Positions 11,801-23,517 of a DNA stretch of 64,000 bases are shown piece after piece. The notes beneath the pieces were generated by a model. That model ran no database searches and had not been told where the DNA came from. It saw nothing but the letters and a program-made list of their open reading frames with translations. Position 1 is the stretch's first letter, and each line of letters begins with the position of its first letter. The DNA lies in NCBI RefSeq assembly GCF_001194135.2, contig NC_069001.1:21828403-21892402 (forward strand), read 5' to 3'. The DNA comes from Octopus bimaculoides (Eukaryota). Made by a program: the position numbers and the translations under genes.

Positions 11801-13700
11801 CCTTTCTGTATTAGCCACAAGGGCCGACAAAAATAGGATTGGACATTACAAAACATGGAGGATAAAGTGGGGTTATATAAGTGTCGTGTAAAAAGTCTAT
11901 AACAATGAAAAATCTAACAAAATGCCTAAAAGAGGCAAGCAACTCAGGGCTACTCTTGGAGACCCCACGATAAAACCCACAAGCGCCCCGACCACTAGGA
12001 TAAGAGTCCTCACTCCATCTCTCTCTCTCTCGCTCTCTCTCAGCCTTGGAAACGCAAAATCGCATGCTCAAAGTTGACACGGATCATATTCACGACTTCA
12101 CACACCTTTCAACAAATTTGCTGGAAGTCAGCACTTCCCTCTCAACCCTCACTTTCCTTTTCAGATGGTATCTGAAAAGGTTGATGAGGGGTAGGCTAAA
12201 GAGGAAAGTATCTGTCTTCAGCGTTGCAGTCTTGACCACCACAGACCTCTTTCGCTGCAGCCACAAAACAGGTGAAAATTGCCGCCCCTTGCCGGTCAAA
12301 GGAAGGCAGTGGGGCAGTCCTCATGATGAAATCAGACAGCAAAGTGGACACGTCCTATACGTGACAGCAGGTGTTCGACATAAACGCATATATCAGATAT
12401 GCTCGGGCACTGGGCGAGTGCATGCGGAACGGTTTCGTCGCTCTGCACACGTCTCGGCCAGGTCTGTCCCTGTAGAGATTATCTCGAATAGGCAAAGACT
12501 CCCGGTAGCACTGTCAAGCCAAGGATTTCTGGAAGTTATCCATAGGCTCCGGCCCGAAAGTCCTCCAGAACAGACTGGCGAGTTGAAATTCAACGACACC
12601 TAGAGTCTTCCCGAGATCGTCGTCGTTTCTTTTTTTCAACGTAGTAGAATTAACCACATTGCCCGACTGGCTGTGGAGCGTGGTACTTGTATCAAGGGGA
12701 TAGGTATAATGCTTTCAGGTGGTTATTCTGTCCCCATTGATAACATCTTGGCCTTCTGTCCTCAACAGTGACGTCCAGCATAGCGCCATCTGGAAGGCTG
12801 AGTTGGTCAGGAATTTGTTCCAAAACCTCTTGGTTTATTTGTTCCATTATTTTCAATTACTCACCACTCCAGATGTTTTTTCCTTGTTTCTCGACTTGGA
12901 TGATTCTGATTTTATCCTCGAAGATCAGAAGGACGCCGCATCAATCCAGCAAGCGTTTTCTGGTGGTATTTCCAATATTTTTTATCTTGGCAACGCGCCG
13001 TCCCAAGTATGTTGGAACTACGACAACTTATCTGTTTCTCAGATGGCCTGTTGAGCGTTGTTTTGCTATGTCTTATGTAGCAAATCTAACTTCAATTGCG
13101 CCATATTTCTTACCCCTCGCCCAAAAAGTTACGTCTTTCCAAATGGGCTGCAAGCATTTTTCAACTGCTTGCTTTGTGGCAGTTTCTATCCGTTGATTTT
13201 TTAAAGATATAGTTTTGTATACCTTTGTACGTTTGTTTTCTCTATAATCTCTGGGGGTGTGTTTATCGAAACATCTTTCCCATTTTCTTTTTAAAATGTT
13301 TCTGTAGTCTTTGAGAAATTCTACATAAACATTTATAAATTCATTGCTTGGTTTTGCTATTGAAACAAAACATCGACTGTTTAATGCATTGGGTTTTTGT
13401 TATTGATGTTGGGTGTTCAATGCGTTAGTGGTGGTAGTGAGGAGGGGCTTGGATTCACAGGTGTTGCGACGCTTGCAGCGTCCATTAGCTGAATTTCCAT
13501 GCTCTTTTCCATTCCTTTCTCGCGTTTCTTTTCTTCCTTTTCTTTCTGTTGCTCAGCGTTGCTCATGCTAGCAAGACTTAGGCTGTTCCTCCCTCTACCT
13601 TTTAAGGCGTGGAGTGGGTGGAGGCAATTAATATTTACAATTTTTGGCTGTCTTCTGACAGCAAAGTGGGGAGTCAAAAAGACAGAAAGAGCTGATACTC
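11801..13700 (-). mobile_element. L1/Tx1-clade element: degenerate ORF1 joined to ORF2 C-terminus (EN and RT missing)
   Basis: ~13570-12690 gives ORF1-like text ending LDVTVEDRRPRCYQWGQNNHLKA (decayed CCHC knuckle). ~12660-12090 gives QCYRESLPIRDNLYR...DETVPHALAQCP...AAAKEV...YHLKRKVRVERE (Tx1-type ORF2 end). The 3' UTR ends ...gtggctaatacagaaagg-(ATT)n. Confidence 0.7.
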
Positions 13701-14399
13701 TTCTCCAAGGACATTTTCACAAATTTTAAAAATCGAAAAATTGAAAAATGGAGATTTTAATACAGTTCTATATTTAAGAGATGAGGAATTATGTACATTA
13801 TTTATATTATTTACATTTGACAACTACCCCCAAAACATACTATCTACTCCAATTATGAAGAAAGGAGAGGATGAAACCAATAAACTGTCTACCGTTTGTC
13901 TACTCTTTGTAAAAGGCCTCTCCAAAAAGATACAAAAGATATGCAACCCAATATGACATCAGGACAGAATTCAAGAATAATACAACACTTTGCAAATATC
14001 TCCTTCGGTTAAACCACCAATAGAAGAGAATATGACCAAAAACTACGTGTACTCTATCCTATGCAGCTGTGGTAGGTTATACAAAGGCTAAACTTGCCGC
14101 CCCCTCAAAATAAGGCTAGATGAACATAACAAAGCTGAGAAGATATTGATAAATCGGGTATAGCTAATCATGTATCGAAAAATGGAGACGACCTACCCCT
14201 CTGGGATGAAGTTAAAATAATAGACAGAGAATACCACTGGAAAATATGAAAACTAAAAGAAGCAACACATATGCTAGGACACAATAACCTCCTAAGCAGA
14301 CCTAGGGCAAATATGAATAGCATATGGGAACCGGTATTAAGGAAGGATAGGAAAATATTAGATTTATAAGCCCTAAAAATTCATTTCATAATTGCCCAC

Positions 14400-14461
14400 G
14401 GGCATATAGCGTAGTGGTTACTAGCGCGGACTACTAAACCCAGTTCGATTCCAGGCACTGA

Positions 14462-14465
<4 letters not shown>
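14400..14465 (+). promoter_or_regulatory. tRNA-derived Pol III promoter head (A and B boxes) inside the PLE terminal repeat
   Basis: GGGCATA-TAGCGTAGTGG-TT...AGTTCGATTCC-AGGCACTGACC. A box 14407-14417, B box 14442-14452. No complete cloverleaf. Confidence 0.7.
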
Positions 14466-14534
<69 letters not shown>

Positions 14535-14594
14535 AGTAATAATAACATCAAAAAATACCTTAGGAATGAGAACCCAGGTTCGAAATTTCCCCAA

Positions 14595-14640
14595 GACACC
14601 TGATAATAGTTGGAGGGTATATCAGCCGAAACGTTGTGTT
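14595..14640 (+). ncRNA. Minimal type I hammerhead ribozyme, decayed (G8A)
   Basis: GACAC-CTGATAA-T-AGTTGG-AGGGTATA-TCAGCC-GAAAC-GTT-GTGTT: stem I GACAC/GTGTT, stem II of 5 bp including two GU pairs, palindromic AACGTT stem III. Confidence 0.7.
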
Positions 14641-14799
14641 AACAACAAACACGATGAGGACAAATATCCGTCAAATATAAATAATGTAAATAGTGGAGAT
14701 TTTAAATTGAAAATTCACCGCAAAATCTCGTAAAAAGTTTCAGATACGACAATATTATCTGTAAAAATTGCACAAAAATATGAACACACGTCCTTTCTC

Positions 14800-15312
14800 T
14801 ATGAAATCTACGAGCATATGATTATAATGATAATGCCTTGGTATAAAAGATGGGCGACAGCAAATATTCTGCTCAATAGCACAGATTTTGACTATCCTTT
14901 GCTTGACCTTAACCAGTTGAGCATGTCCCTTGATGACTGAAGATATGTGCACCTCTGATCACAAGCAGGAGAAGTGGGGAGCATTATAGCCATGTGCTGA
15001 GAGGAAGTCTTTGGGGTTTGAATAATTCACCTCTGGAAACATAGGTGTTTCGTTCAACATCCTTAAATAATCCTCAATATTCAGGGTTATTTAAGTTGAG
15101 CGGATGGGTTACGCGACCTCAAGAAAATTTTAACTGCGCCCCGCCTGCAAGGTTATGCGCTGTTTATCATGATATAAGATCACCATGTCGCGCACATATC
15201 GTTGTGGTACATGTGTCTGATGTATCTTTATTAGACGGGTAGTCATAATGGGTATGTTGGGCTTCGTATATTTTACGCTAATGTCACTTTGATCGCACAC
15301 TCTTTCACTCAA

Positions 15313-15315
<3 letters not shown>
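14800..15315 (+). mobile_element. Second copy of the 5433-5990 retroposon family
   Basis: Shares ccttggtataaaagatggg, ttgaccttaaccagttgagcatg, tttgaataattcacc and gatcaccatgtcgcgcacat with the reverse complement of 5433-5920. Tail is (TAC)n(AAT)n. Confidence 0.75.
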
Positions 15316-15374
<59 letters not shown>

Positions 15375-15948
15375 ATAATAATAATAATAATAATAATAAT
15401 ATTAATAATAATGATGATAATAATAATAATAATAATAATNNNNNNNNNNNNNNNNNNNNNNNNNNNNNNNNNNNNNNNNNNNNNNNNNNNNNNNNNNNNN
15501 NNNNNNNNNNNNNNNNNNNNNNNNNNNNNNNNNNNNNNNNNNNNNNNNNNNNNNNNNNNNNNNNNNNNNNNNNNNNNNNNNNNNNNNNNNNNNNNNNNNN
15601 NNNNNNNNNNNNNNNNNNNNNNNNNNNNNNNNNNNNNNNNNNNNNNNNNNNNNNNNNNNNNNNNNNNNNNNNNNNNNNNNNNNNNNNNNNNNNNNNNNNN
15701 NNNNNNNNNNNNNNNNNNNNNNNNNNNNNNNNNNNNNNNNNNNNNNNNNNNNNNNNNNNNNNNNNNNNNNNNNNNNNNNNNNNNNNNNNNNNNNNNNNNN
15801 NNNNNNNNNNNNNNNNNNNNNNNNNNNNNNNNNNNNNNNNNNNNNNNNNNNNNNNNNNNNNNNNNNNNNNNNNNNNNNNNNNNNNNNNNNNNNNNNNNNN
15901 NNNNNNNNNNNNNNNNNNNNNNNNNNNNNNNNNNNNNNNNNNNNNNNT

Positions 15949-16060
15949 TTGAAAATGATACCAGGCTTACCATCCCTACAGGAAGTGCAAAAAATCGTGC
16001 TAACTGGAACGACTTATGTACTGAGAAGAGCATTATCGCTGTGAAAACAACATCCATTCA
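15949..16060 (+). mobile_element. 3' terminal fragment of an R4/Dong-type LINE
   Basis: MIPGLPSLQEVQKIVLTGTTYVLRRALSL* parallels the C-terminus of the 7855-9690 element. Confidence 0.7.
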
Positions 16061-16074
16061 TGAATTTTTTTTTT

Positions 16075-16690
16075 CTTAAATACATGTTTTACCTGTGAAT
16101 TTGCGTGTGTAAACTGGGAATGCAAACAACGAGTTTCTCTGCCCTAGGTGTACGGAAAACACTCGGCGAGAAATGGAAGAAAATTTGAAGAAAGAAGAAA
16201 AAAAAAACAATATAATAATAATAATAATAATAATGATGATGATGATGATGATGATGATAATAACAATAATGATAATAATAATAATAATAATAGTAATAAT
16301 AATAATGATAACAATAGTAATAATAATAACAACAACAACGATGAAAACGGCCACACTGTTGCCATGCTACAAAGAGTGGCTGCAAGGATAGAGACTGCGG
16401 AAGTAGTGGTGGTAGCTATCGATGGCCACTGCTGCTGTGAGGGCATGGTAGAGGTCAGTGTAACGGTAATAACGGTGGAGCTGACAATAGTGGTAGAAAT
16501 GATAAACGTTTCATCATTAATCACACAGGTCGCAAAACTAATAAAGCTAATGTAGCACAAAAATGTCTTAGAAACAAAACGGAAAATTAAAACAGTACAT
16601 CGAATCCTATGGTTAATGTTGAAACGCATCCCCCAAGAGAGAGTCAGCCGGAGGTCAAAAAGTCATCTACAAATAGAACCTGAATGGTCA
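16075..16690 (+). mobile_element. Possible decayed PLE RT thumb with low-complexity expansion
   Basis: A basic stretch (ERRKKK), then N/D/G-rich low-complexity sequence, then RILW(F)N resembling the PLE RxIxWFNPP motif. Weak. Confidence 0.3.
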
Positions 16691-17379
16691 CTTGAACAGG
16701 AACTGCCCCATCGCTGTGGAATAATAGAAATATGTATAACATAACAATATCAAATTATCGATAATATTAACTATCCTTTCCAACTTATAGACGACTGTAT
16801 TTTCTCCATTCATCTTCTACCATTGATACGATGGCCTATGATTTTCGGAACTTGCTGATATAGTGTCCATACCTCTCAAACACTTTAGACATCCTCACAT
16901 CTCTCTTATCTTCCATAATGTGTTTACATACAGGGTTAAGATGTCTTCAATAAAACAAGCCATTATTTGAAATTCACTCGTTGATAATTGTTTTCTTACA
17001 GTAGGCGAGTAATAACTCATCAGGTAGAATCTTCACCATACCAAACTAATCCATCTCGGAAGGCGAGTACAGGCCGTGTGAATCACTCCACCCATTTATA
17101 AATAAGTAAAACAATAGCAACAACAACAAAAATAGATAGATTACTTGCTTATATGGAAATCAATATTATCTCGGGGAAGAAAAAAATGTTGAAAATTGAC
17201 TTAGGTCTGTAAAAGTTAGCAGTCAATCGGGAATTCACCGAAAACGTCAAAAAGAGAAGACAAACAAAATAGCTCGCTCTCCATTGATAAACGAGAACAT
17301 TTAAGAAGAGACCCGTGACATGAATATTGATTATGTTCCATGTAAATAAAAGACACAAATACAGAGGGCATCTATCATG

Positions 17380-17692
17380 CTATGTCAAAATGGAAAATTT
17401 CAATATCGCTGCGTAGCAAGGAGTTAATGAACCTCGATATAATAGTAACCATCAAAGAAAGGGGACACGTTCAAAGAGATACATTATGCTGTCTAACTTT
17501 TTGCCAGACTCTGACAATTTAAAGAAATTAGTGAATGAAACCACCAAGGACTACAAGCAATACGCACAAAATACAAAGAATTGTTTTTGTACAGTAAAAA
17601 GTTCCCTTTGGAATGACATACTATCGGTTTCAGTTCCATTGATCATCACCTTATTTTGGCAGGGCAGACGTGAGCTGTTTGGAAACACTCCG

Positions 17693-17770
<78 letters not shown>

Positions 17771-17792
17771 CATCCATCCATCTATCTATCTT

Positions 17793-17851
<59 letters not shown>

Positions 17852-18480
17852 GTGTGTGTATATATGTCTGTAAGTATATATACATGTATGTACATGTTTG
17901 TGCTTGTTTGTGATTATGCCGTTACTACTTGACAACATGTGGTTTCATCCCTGAAACGTAACGGTTTAGCGAAATGAATCAATAGAACAGGTACCAGACG
18001 TAAAAATATTTGTTTGGCTAAACCTTTCAACGTGGTGTCCCAGTTTCATCACATTCCACTGACAGAAACAAGTAAATAAATAGGGAATAATCGAATTCAT
18101 GGATGTCTAGTTTGAAGAGACCACAACGAAATAGAAAAGCTATTAAAAATAGGACACAAAATCGCACAGGATATCAAAATGTGTATCAAACTAGACAAAT
18201 GTGACAGCATAAGCATTTCTGATGCACAAAAGGAAGAAAAAAGTAATATTTTCATTTCTCTGATTTCAAGTTGTTTGTACCAACTGGCAGAGCAGTGACA
18301 AGAAGAAAAACACTACAGCAATAATAGCAAAATTACATTATCGACCAACGCACACCATTGGATACTATACACCTAGCAAATATGTGCACTGAGAGAACTT
18401 ATGAAAAATTAATATAATTGAGAGACTTTACTTCTGACGAAAATGAATTAAATGGAGAAGTGAATAATTACTTTTTTCTC
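17380..18480 (+). mobile_element. Old R4/Dong-type RT relic, interrupted by (TATC)n and a SINE tail (~17870-18075)
   Basis: [16 protein letters not shown] (compare RGIFQGDSLSPLLFC), [13 protein letters not shown], and EKLLKIGHKIAQDIKMCIKLDKC (compare FSxDIGMxFGLDKC). Confidence 0.55.
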
Positions 18481-18961
18481 ACCGTACAAAACCAATATTT
18501 GCAATAAGAAGTAGTGTGCGTAATTGATACGACCACAGGATATTACTGGTAATTATTTTCTTACATCGAAAAAGATGAAAGACTACAACGAAGTAGTGAT
18601 ATTTTATCGAAGAATAAATTAAATTCCGTTGAATGAAATAATCTGAATTAGGATTTAGCTGCCCGAACTCTAAACTGTCTTGAAATTCTTTGAACACAGT
18701 AATACAGATTTCTTTTGACTCATTTACTTAGAACCGGGAATGAAGGTTATTGATACAGTCTACTAAGAACGGACATATATAGAGATTTACGGAACAAAAA
18801 TGTGTCATTGGCTGATGCAACCTTTTCACAGCTCAGTAAACTAAATTAATTCTAATATGCTAAAATTTTGTTAAGGTTCAAAACTAAAATTATCTATAGT
18901 GTTAGGAATTTGAAAAATATTCACCGGAAGTGGAAAATATGTTCCTTCTGTTCGTTTAGAT

Positions 18962-19075
18962 CAGGGATTCTCAACCATTTTTTTATGTATGGATCTCTTT
19001 TATTACTATTTTATTCTAGCGGTCCTAATTCTTGTGTATTGCTCATCAAAATTTGTATTTAGATAGGATTGTGGA
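18962..19075 (+). mobile_element. Partial hAT-type MITE (family of 49419-49685)
   Basis: Starts CAGGGATTCTCAACC after tttagat. Internal sequence aligns with 49419-49490. Confidence 0.5.
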
Positions 19076-20047
19076 AAGAAATGTATCAGATTGTAGACAT
19101 ATTTGCATAGTAGTAGTAGTGGTAGTGGTGGTAGTTGTAGTGGTGGTAGTTGTAGCGGTGGTGGTGCAAGTGGCTATGATAAAAGCAGTACTTGTGTTTA
19201 GTACCAATTCAAATTTGATTCAGCAGTTTCTAAATAAAAAAAGTAAAAATCATGACATTCTGCCATTATTTTCTTCCTTGTGTTGCTTTTGGAATGTGCA
19301 TATGCATCTTAACTTATGTTGAAAAGGAATAATTTCTGGAAGAGTTGTCCCATTTGATATCCTATCGCTTTCATGATATTTGATATCCTCCCATTTGATA
19401 TCCTATCGTTTTCATGATATTTCAAGAACTCGTGATGCTCAAACAATAATTATAATTCATAAATTTACTAGGAGCTATTAACGACGCTGATAGAGTGTCT
19501 TGTGTGACGGACATTTATTTCTCTGATCAGGTACTTCATGAAATAGTACTTAAGGAGGAAGATATGTTGTAGACATGTAGTGTTTTGGAAACAAAATTTC
19601 CGGCCAAAAGAGAACAGGTTTGATCCAACCAGGCAAATGAAGTCTTCTGGGAAAATAAGAAAAGAGAAAAAAGAGAAATTCAATACAGGATGGGCCGAGA
19701 GTTACACAATGTAAGCTCAATACGCTCCGGAATTGACAAAAAAATGCTTCAGTTTTTCAAAAATTGAATAAAATGAAAAAAGAAATTGTGATGAATACAA
19801 ACATACTTGTATATGATGGACAAAATGAATAATAATTTCAAATTTTGGGACAATGCCAACAATGTTAGGAAAGCAGTGAAGTCGATTCAATCGATTCCAG
19901 TACTCACCTGGCACAAAATTTATCAACCCCGTAAGGATGAAAAACAAAGTATCCATCCCTATCCATCCCATCCCATCCCACCTCCACCCCATCCCTTATA
20001 TATATATGTGTATGTGTGTGTGTGTGGGTGTGTATGTGGGTGTGTGG

Positions 20048-20081
<34 letters not shown>

Positions 20082-20459
20082 TTTTTTTTTAGAAAAACAT
20101 AAATCCGAGGAAGAAGCATACTCTAAGAAGAAGAGCAGTCTATACTTATTACTGGTGAAGACCTGTTTATACGGTTATCCTGGGTTTCTCGCTATAAGGT
20201 GTACCTTAATGGGGTATCTTCAGACCCTAAGACCTATTGGCCTATGACCTCTTTAAAATATCGTGGGAGAAACGATACAGATATAAATAATGGGATCATC
20301 TGCCTTTGCTGCTGGTCATCGGCTTGCGGCTGTGTTGTCATCCTTCAGCTCCGCTACATGTCGGCTATGAGAGTAAAATTTAGGGAGTTATCCTCACTCT
20401 CATCAACAATCAATTTCAAGCTGCTGTGTAATTATCACTAATACCGCAATTATCGCCAT

Positions 20460-22275
20460 TATGCAGTTCCCAAAACGCTAACAGAAGTCTCCTGAAATGC
20501 AAGCAGGGCCCGAAAATCTCCGTTCTGGAGTTCAGTATGGTCCCTGGTGAGTGCGAAATTTTCAGGATTTCCATGCGTTTGGATATGCATAACTTGCAGC
20601 GTTTCTTTCAATTTATGTATGGACCCAGACGTTGGAGGATTTTTCATGATATAAAGATTGGAATTCCATCTTCCTTCAGTTGCCAGATATGGCTGGCCAG
20701 CGATATTACATGTCTCCTTTTTGGGACCCTGAAGGAGGATCTATGGTTGTAAAGACGTTTCTTAAAGGAAGTTCCTACGCATCCAAGGAAATACATTGGA
20801 TGCGTGGAGTCAGTGTCATGTCTACTATTGCTGTTGTTTTTGCTACCTCTGCTGCTGTCGGGACTGTTGTTGTTGCTGCTCTTTTTGCTGCTGTTGCGGT
20901 TGTATTTGTTGATGTTTTTGCTGATGTCGGTACACTGGTGTTGCTGCCGCTGGTGCTACCGATGATGTTGTTTCTGGTGGTGCTGGAGCTGGGGCTTTTG
21001 GTGGTTGTGTCACTGGAGGTGGTGGTTGCGCCGGTAGTGTTACTGTCTCCGCATGTATTTCGGGTGGTACATGTGTTGGTGCTATTAAGCCTGCCGATCT
21101 TGATGCTGCTGCTGCTGCTGTTGTTGCTGCTGTTGTTGTTGGTGCTATCGACGATGATGTTGCTGGGGCCGTTGGTATTGGTATTGGCGAAGGTGGGGAT
21201 GATGGTGCCGAAAGTGTTACAACATTTGTTATTATTGCTGTTGCTATCTTCCCCGGTGAAAGTTCTCGTTGACTGGGATACCATTATTCACATCTATGCC
21301 GGTGCCTCTGCTAGGGGCGCTGCTGCAGTTGGTGGTGCTGCAGCAATTAACAACAGCAACCAACTGCTGGTATTGGAGGTGACGTCACTGTGGTCGATGT
21401 TACTGATGGTGGTGGTGGTGGCGTCGGAGATGTCGGTACTGCTGGTGTTGTTATTGTTGACGTCGGTAAGGCTGTTCGCTGTGATGGTAGTGGTGGTGTT
21501 GTTGGCTCTGCCCTCTGCGATAGTTTCTGCCGCTGGAACTGGCCAGGTTCGTCCGCACCTCGGTTTGTCAGATGACACCTTTGGTTTCGATGCGGCCTTC
21601 TACTGGGCAACTTTTGTGGGTCCTGCATGAACAACCCTCCTCTTTCCGTTGCTTAGGGACACTAAGATTCTCTTAATCCTAGGGCCACACCTAAAAGAGA
21701 CCCTAACGTTGTGCCTGTTGAAAAAAAGGGAGGTGCATAAGGGAGTTAGTAAAGTGTTTGTCTATTAATTTAAGGAAAAGTCTACCTACGGGCATTATAG
21801 TATTAAGGGAGAAGGGGGCAAACCAAATTGTATTTCTGCAGCAATTCCTTCTGCGGTTGTTGGGTTCTGGCATACAAGAGAAGCGGTCCTTGAATCCGCT
21901 GGCGGTTAGGGCCTCGTTATATTATAGGGCTGCCACATCGAAGGCCTCCTAGTTAGAGGAAAGGCTAGAAATCCCCTTATTAACACCCTTTAGCAGGTTC
22001 TTGAACACGATAGGTGGGTGGAATGAGGCTGTGCTGGCCTGTAGGTACCGGCGCGCAAGTACAGCGTTACATCTGTGTTGAGGTTGGTCTTCATGGTGAT
22101 CTTCAATCCCATAGAGCAAAGCGTGCTGATTAAGTCTTTCCTAAGCCTATCTAGCTTGTGGTGACTTACTCTTTCCCGCAATTCGGGGCAGCAAATTGTG
22201 CATCCGTACCTGCCATTTTAGTATGGTAAAGCGTGTTTATGTTCCAGGTAGTATGGTATTGATTTAGAAAACTTT
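20460..22275 (-). mobile_element. Penelope-like element (Neptune/Nematis-like): RT C-terminal half, ~840-bp T/N/S/A-rich insert, GIY-YIG end
   Basis: RT: KLDRLRKDLISTLCSMGLKITMKTNL..DVTLYLRAGTYRP and WFAP.FS..VGRLFLKLIDKHF. Endonuclease: MYFLGCVGTSFKKRLYNHRSSFR...SLASHIWQLKEDG...KRCKLCISKRMEIL...LNSRTEIFGPCLH. Stops and frameshifts present. Confidence 0.85.
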
Positions 22276-22319
22276 TCAGTACATATATATATATATATTT
22301 ATATATATATATATATACT

Positions 22320-22530
22320 CTATTACTCTTTTACTTGTTTCAGTCATTTGACTGTGGCCATGCTGGAGCACCGCCTTTAGTTGAGCAAATCGACCCCAGG
22401 ACATATTCTTTGTAAGTCTAGTACGTATTCTATCGGGCTCTTTTGCCAAACCGCTAAGTTTCGGGGACGTAAATACACCAACATCGGTTGTCAAGCGATA
22501 TTGGGGGACAAACACAGACACACAAACACA
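22320..22530 (-). mobile_element. SINE 3' half (microsatellite-bearing family)
   Basis: ttactcttttacttgtttcagtcatttgactgtggccatgctggagcaccgcctttag... is nearly collinear with 48395-48590. Confidence 0.85.
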
Positions 22531-22539
22531 TACACACAC

Positions 22540-22578
<39 letters not shown>

Positions 22579-22989
22579 NNNNNNNNNNNNNNNNNNNNNN
22601 NNNNNNNNNNNNNNNNNNNNNNNNNNNNNNNNNNNNNNNNNNNNNNNNNNNNNNNNNNNNNNNNNNNNNNNNNNNNNNNNNNNNNNNNNNNNNNNNNNNN
22701 NNNNNNNNNNNNNNNNNNNNNNNNNNNNNNNNNNNNNNNNNNNNNNNNNNNNNNNNNNNNNNNNNNNNNNNNNNNNNNNNNNNNNNNNNNNNNNNNNNNN
22801 NNNNNNNNNNNNNNNNNNNNNNNNNNNNNNNNNNNNNNNNNNNNNNNNNNNNNNNNNNNNNNNNNNNNNNNNNNNNNNNNNNNNNNNNNNNNNNNNNNNN
22901 NNNNNNNNNNNNNNNNNNNNNNNNNNNNNNNNNNNNNNNNNNNNNNNNNNNNNNNNNNNNNNNNNNNATATATATAACCGTTAGTGGAA

Positions 22990-23330
22990 GTTGTTAGAAG
23001 TAGATTAGGTAAAAAGTCTAAAGTATGCAAATGTGATTCTAATATTATGTAAACATTTCAATCTAAGATCTTAAGATTTATTGAGTACATTACCTGGACA
23101 TTTAAGGATTTCCCATAATTAGGCGCAACAAAATGTGCCTCCGTATCTGCCATTTTAATATGGTAAACTGTTTTTATTTTACAGGTAATAGTGAATTGAT
23201 TTTTTTCATTTTTCAAATCCCACATTTTCATGCAAGTGACGTAACCGTAGCCTTATTTCGATTTCTGAGAGAAAAACAAAGATTGTAAAGTCTCTGCTTG
23301 AAGTTACACGAACCTATGTATGTACAAGTA
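22990..23330 (-). mobile_element. Second, diverged PLE RT fragment
   Basis: 23120-23205 is a clear paralogue of 22180-22265 (ccgta(c/t)ctgccatttta(g/a)tatggtaaa...caggta), the decayed GRYRDD region. Confidence 0.5.
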
Positions 23331-23517
23331 TTCATATCATTTATTACGTTTCATTTATATACAATATTTTGGTTTATGCAAACGTTCATAATAGGGCACA
23401 ACGATTTGCTTTTGAAATTACATAATGTAGGAGACAACTGGTCGCTATTGTGACCAGTGGCAAATAAATACGGTAGAGAGTGTTGATTACGGCTACGGCT
23501 AGCAGAGTTACATAAGA

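Larger units (their letters stand above)
13761..14693 (+). mobile_element. Penelope-like element, 5'-truncated: GIY-YIG end plus terminal repeat, flanked by a 12-bp TSD
   Basis: Translates across frameshifts as KNYVYSILCSCGRLYKG*TCRPLKIRLDEH...SGIANHV...LPLWDEVKIIDREYHWKI*KLKEA...NSIWEPVL, stop at 14367-14369. TGGAGATTTTAA is repeated at 13749-13760 and 14694-14705. An inverted piece of the 3' end lies at 13790-13821. Confidence 0.85.

Noticed and set aside
20173-20228. Hammerhead candidate downstream of the 20460-22275 PLE (CTGAAGA...GAAAC on the minus strand)
   Set aside because: The position is right, but stem II does not abut GAAA and stems I and III are poor. Too decayed to call.
20680-21630. 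316-aa hydrophobic plus-strand ORF that looks like a membrane protein
   Set aside because: It is the antisense shadow of the Thr/Asn/Ser-rich PLE insert (ACN/AAC/AGC codons read as V/L/A/G), and its ends overlap minus-strand PLE domains.
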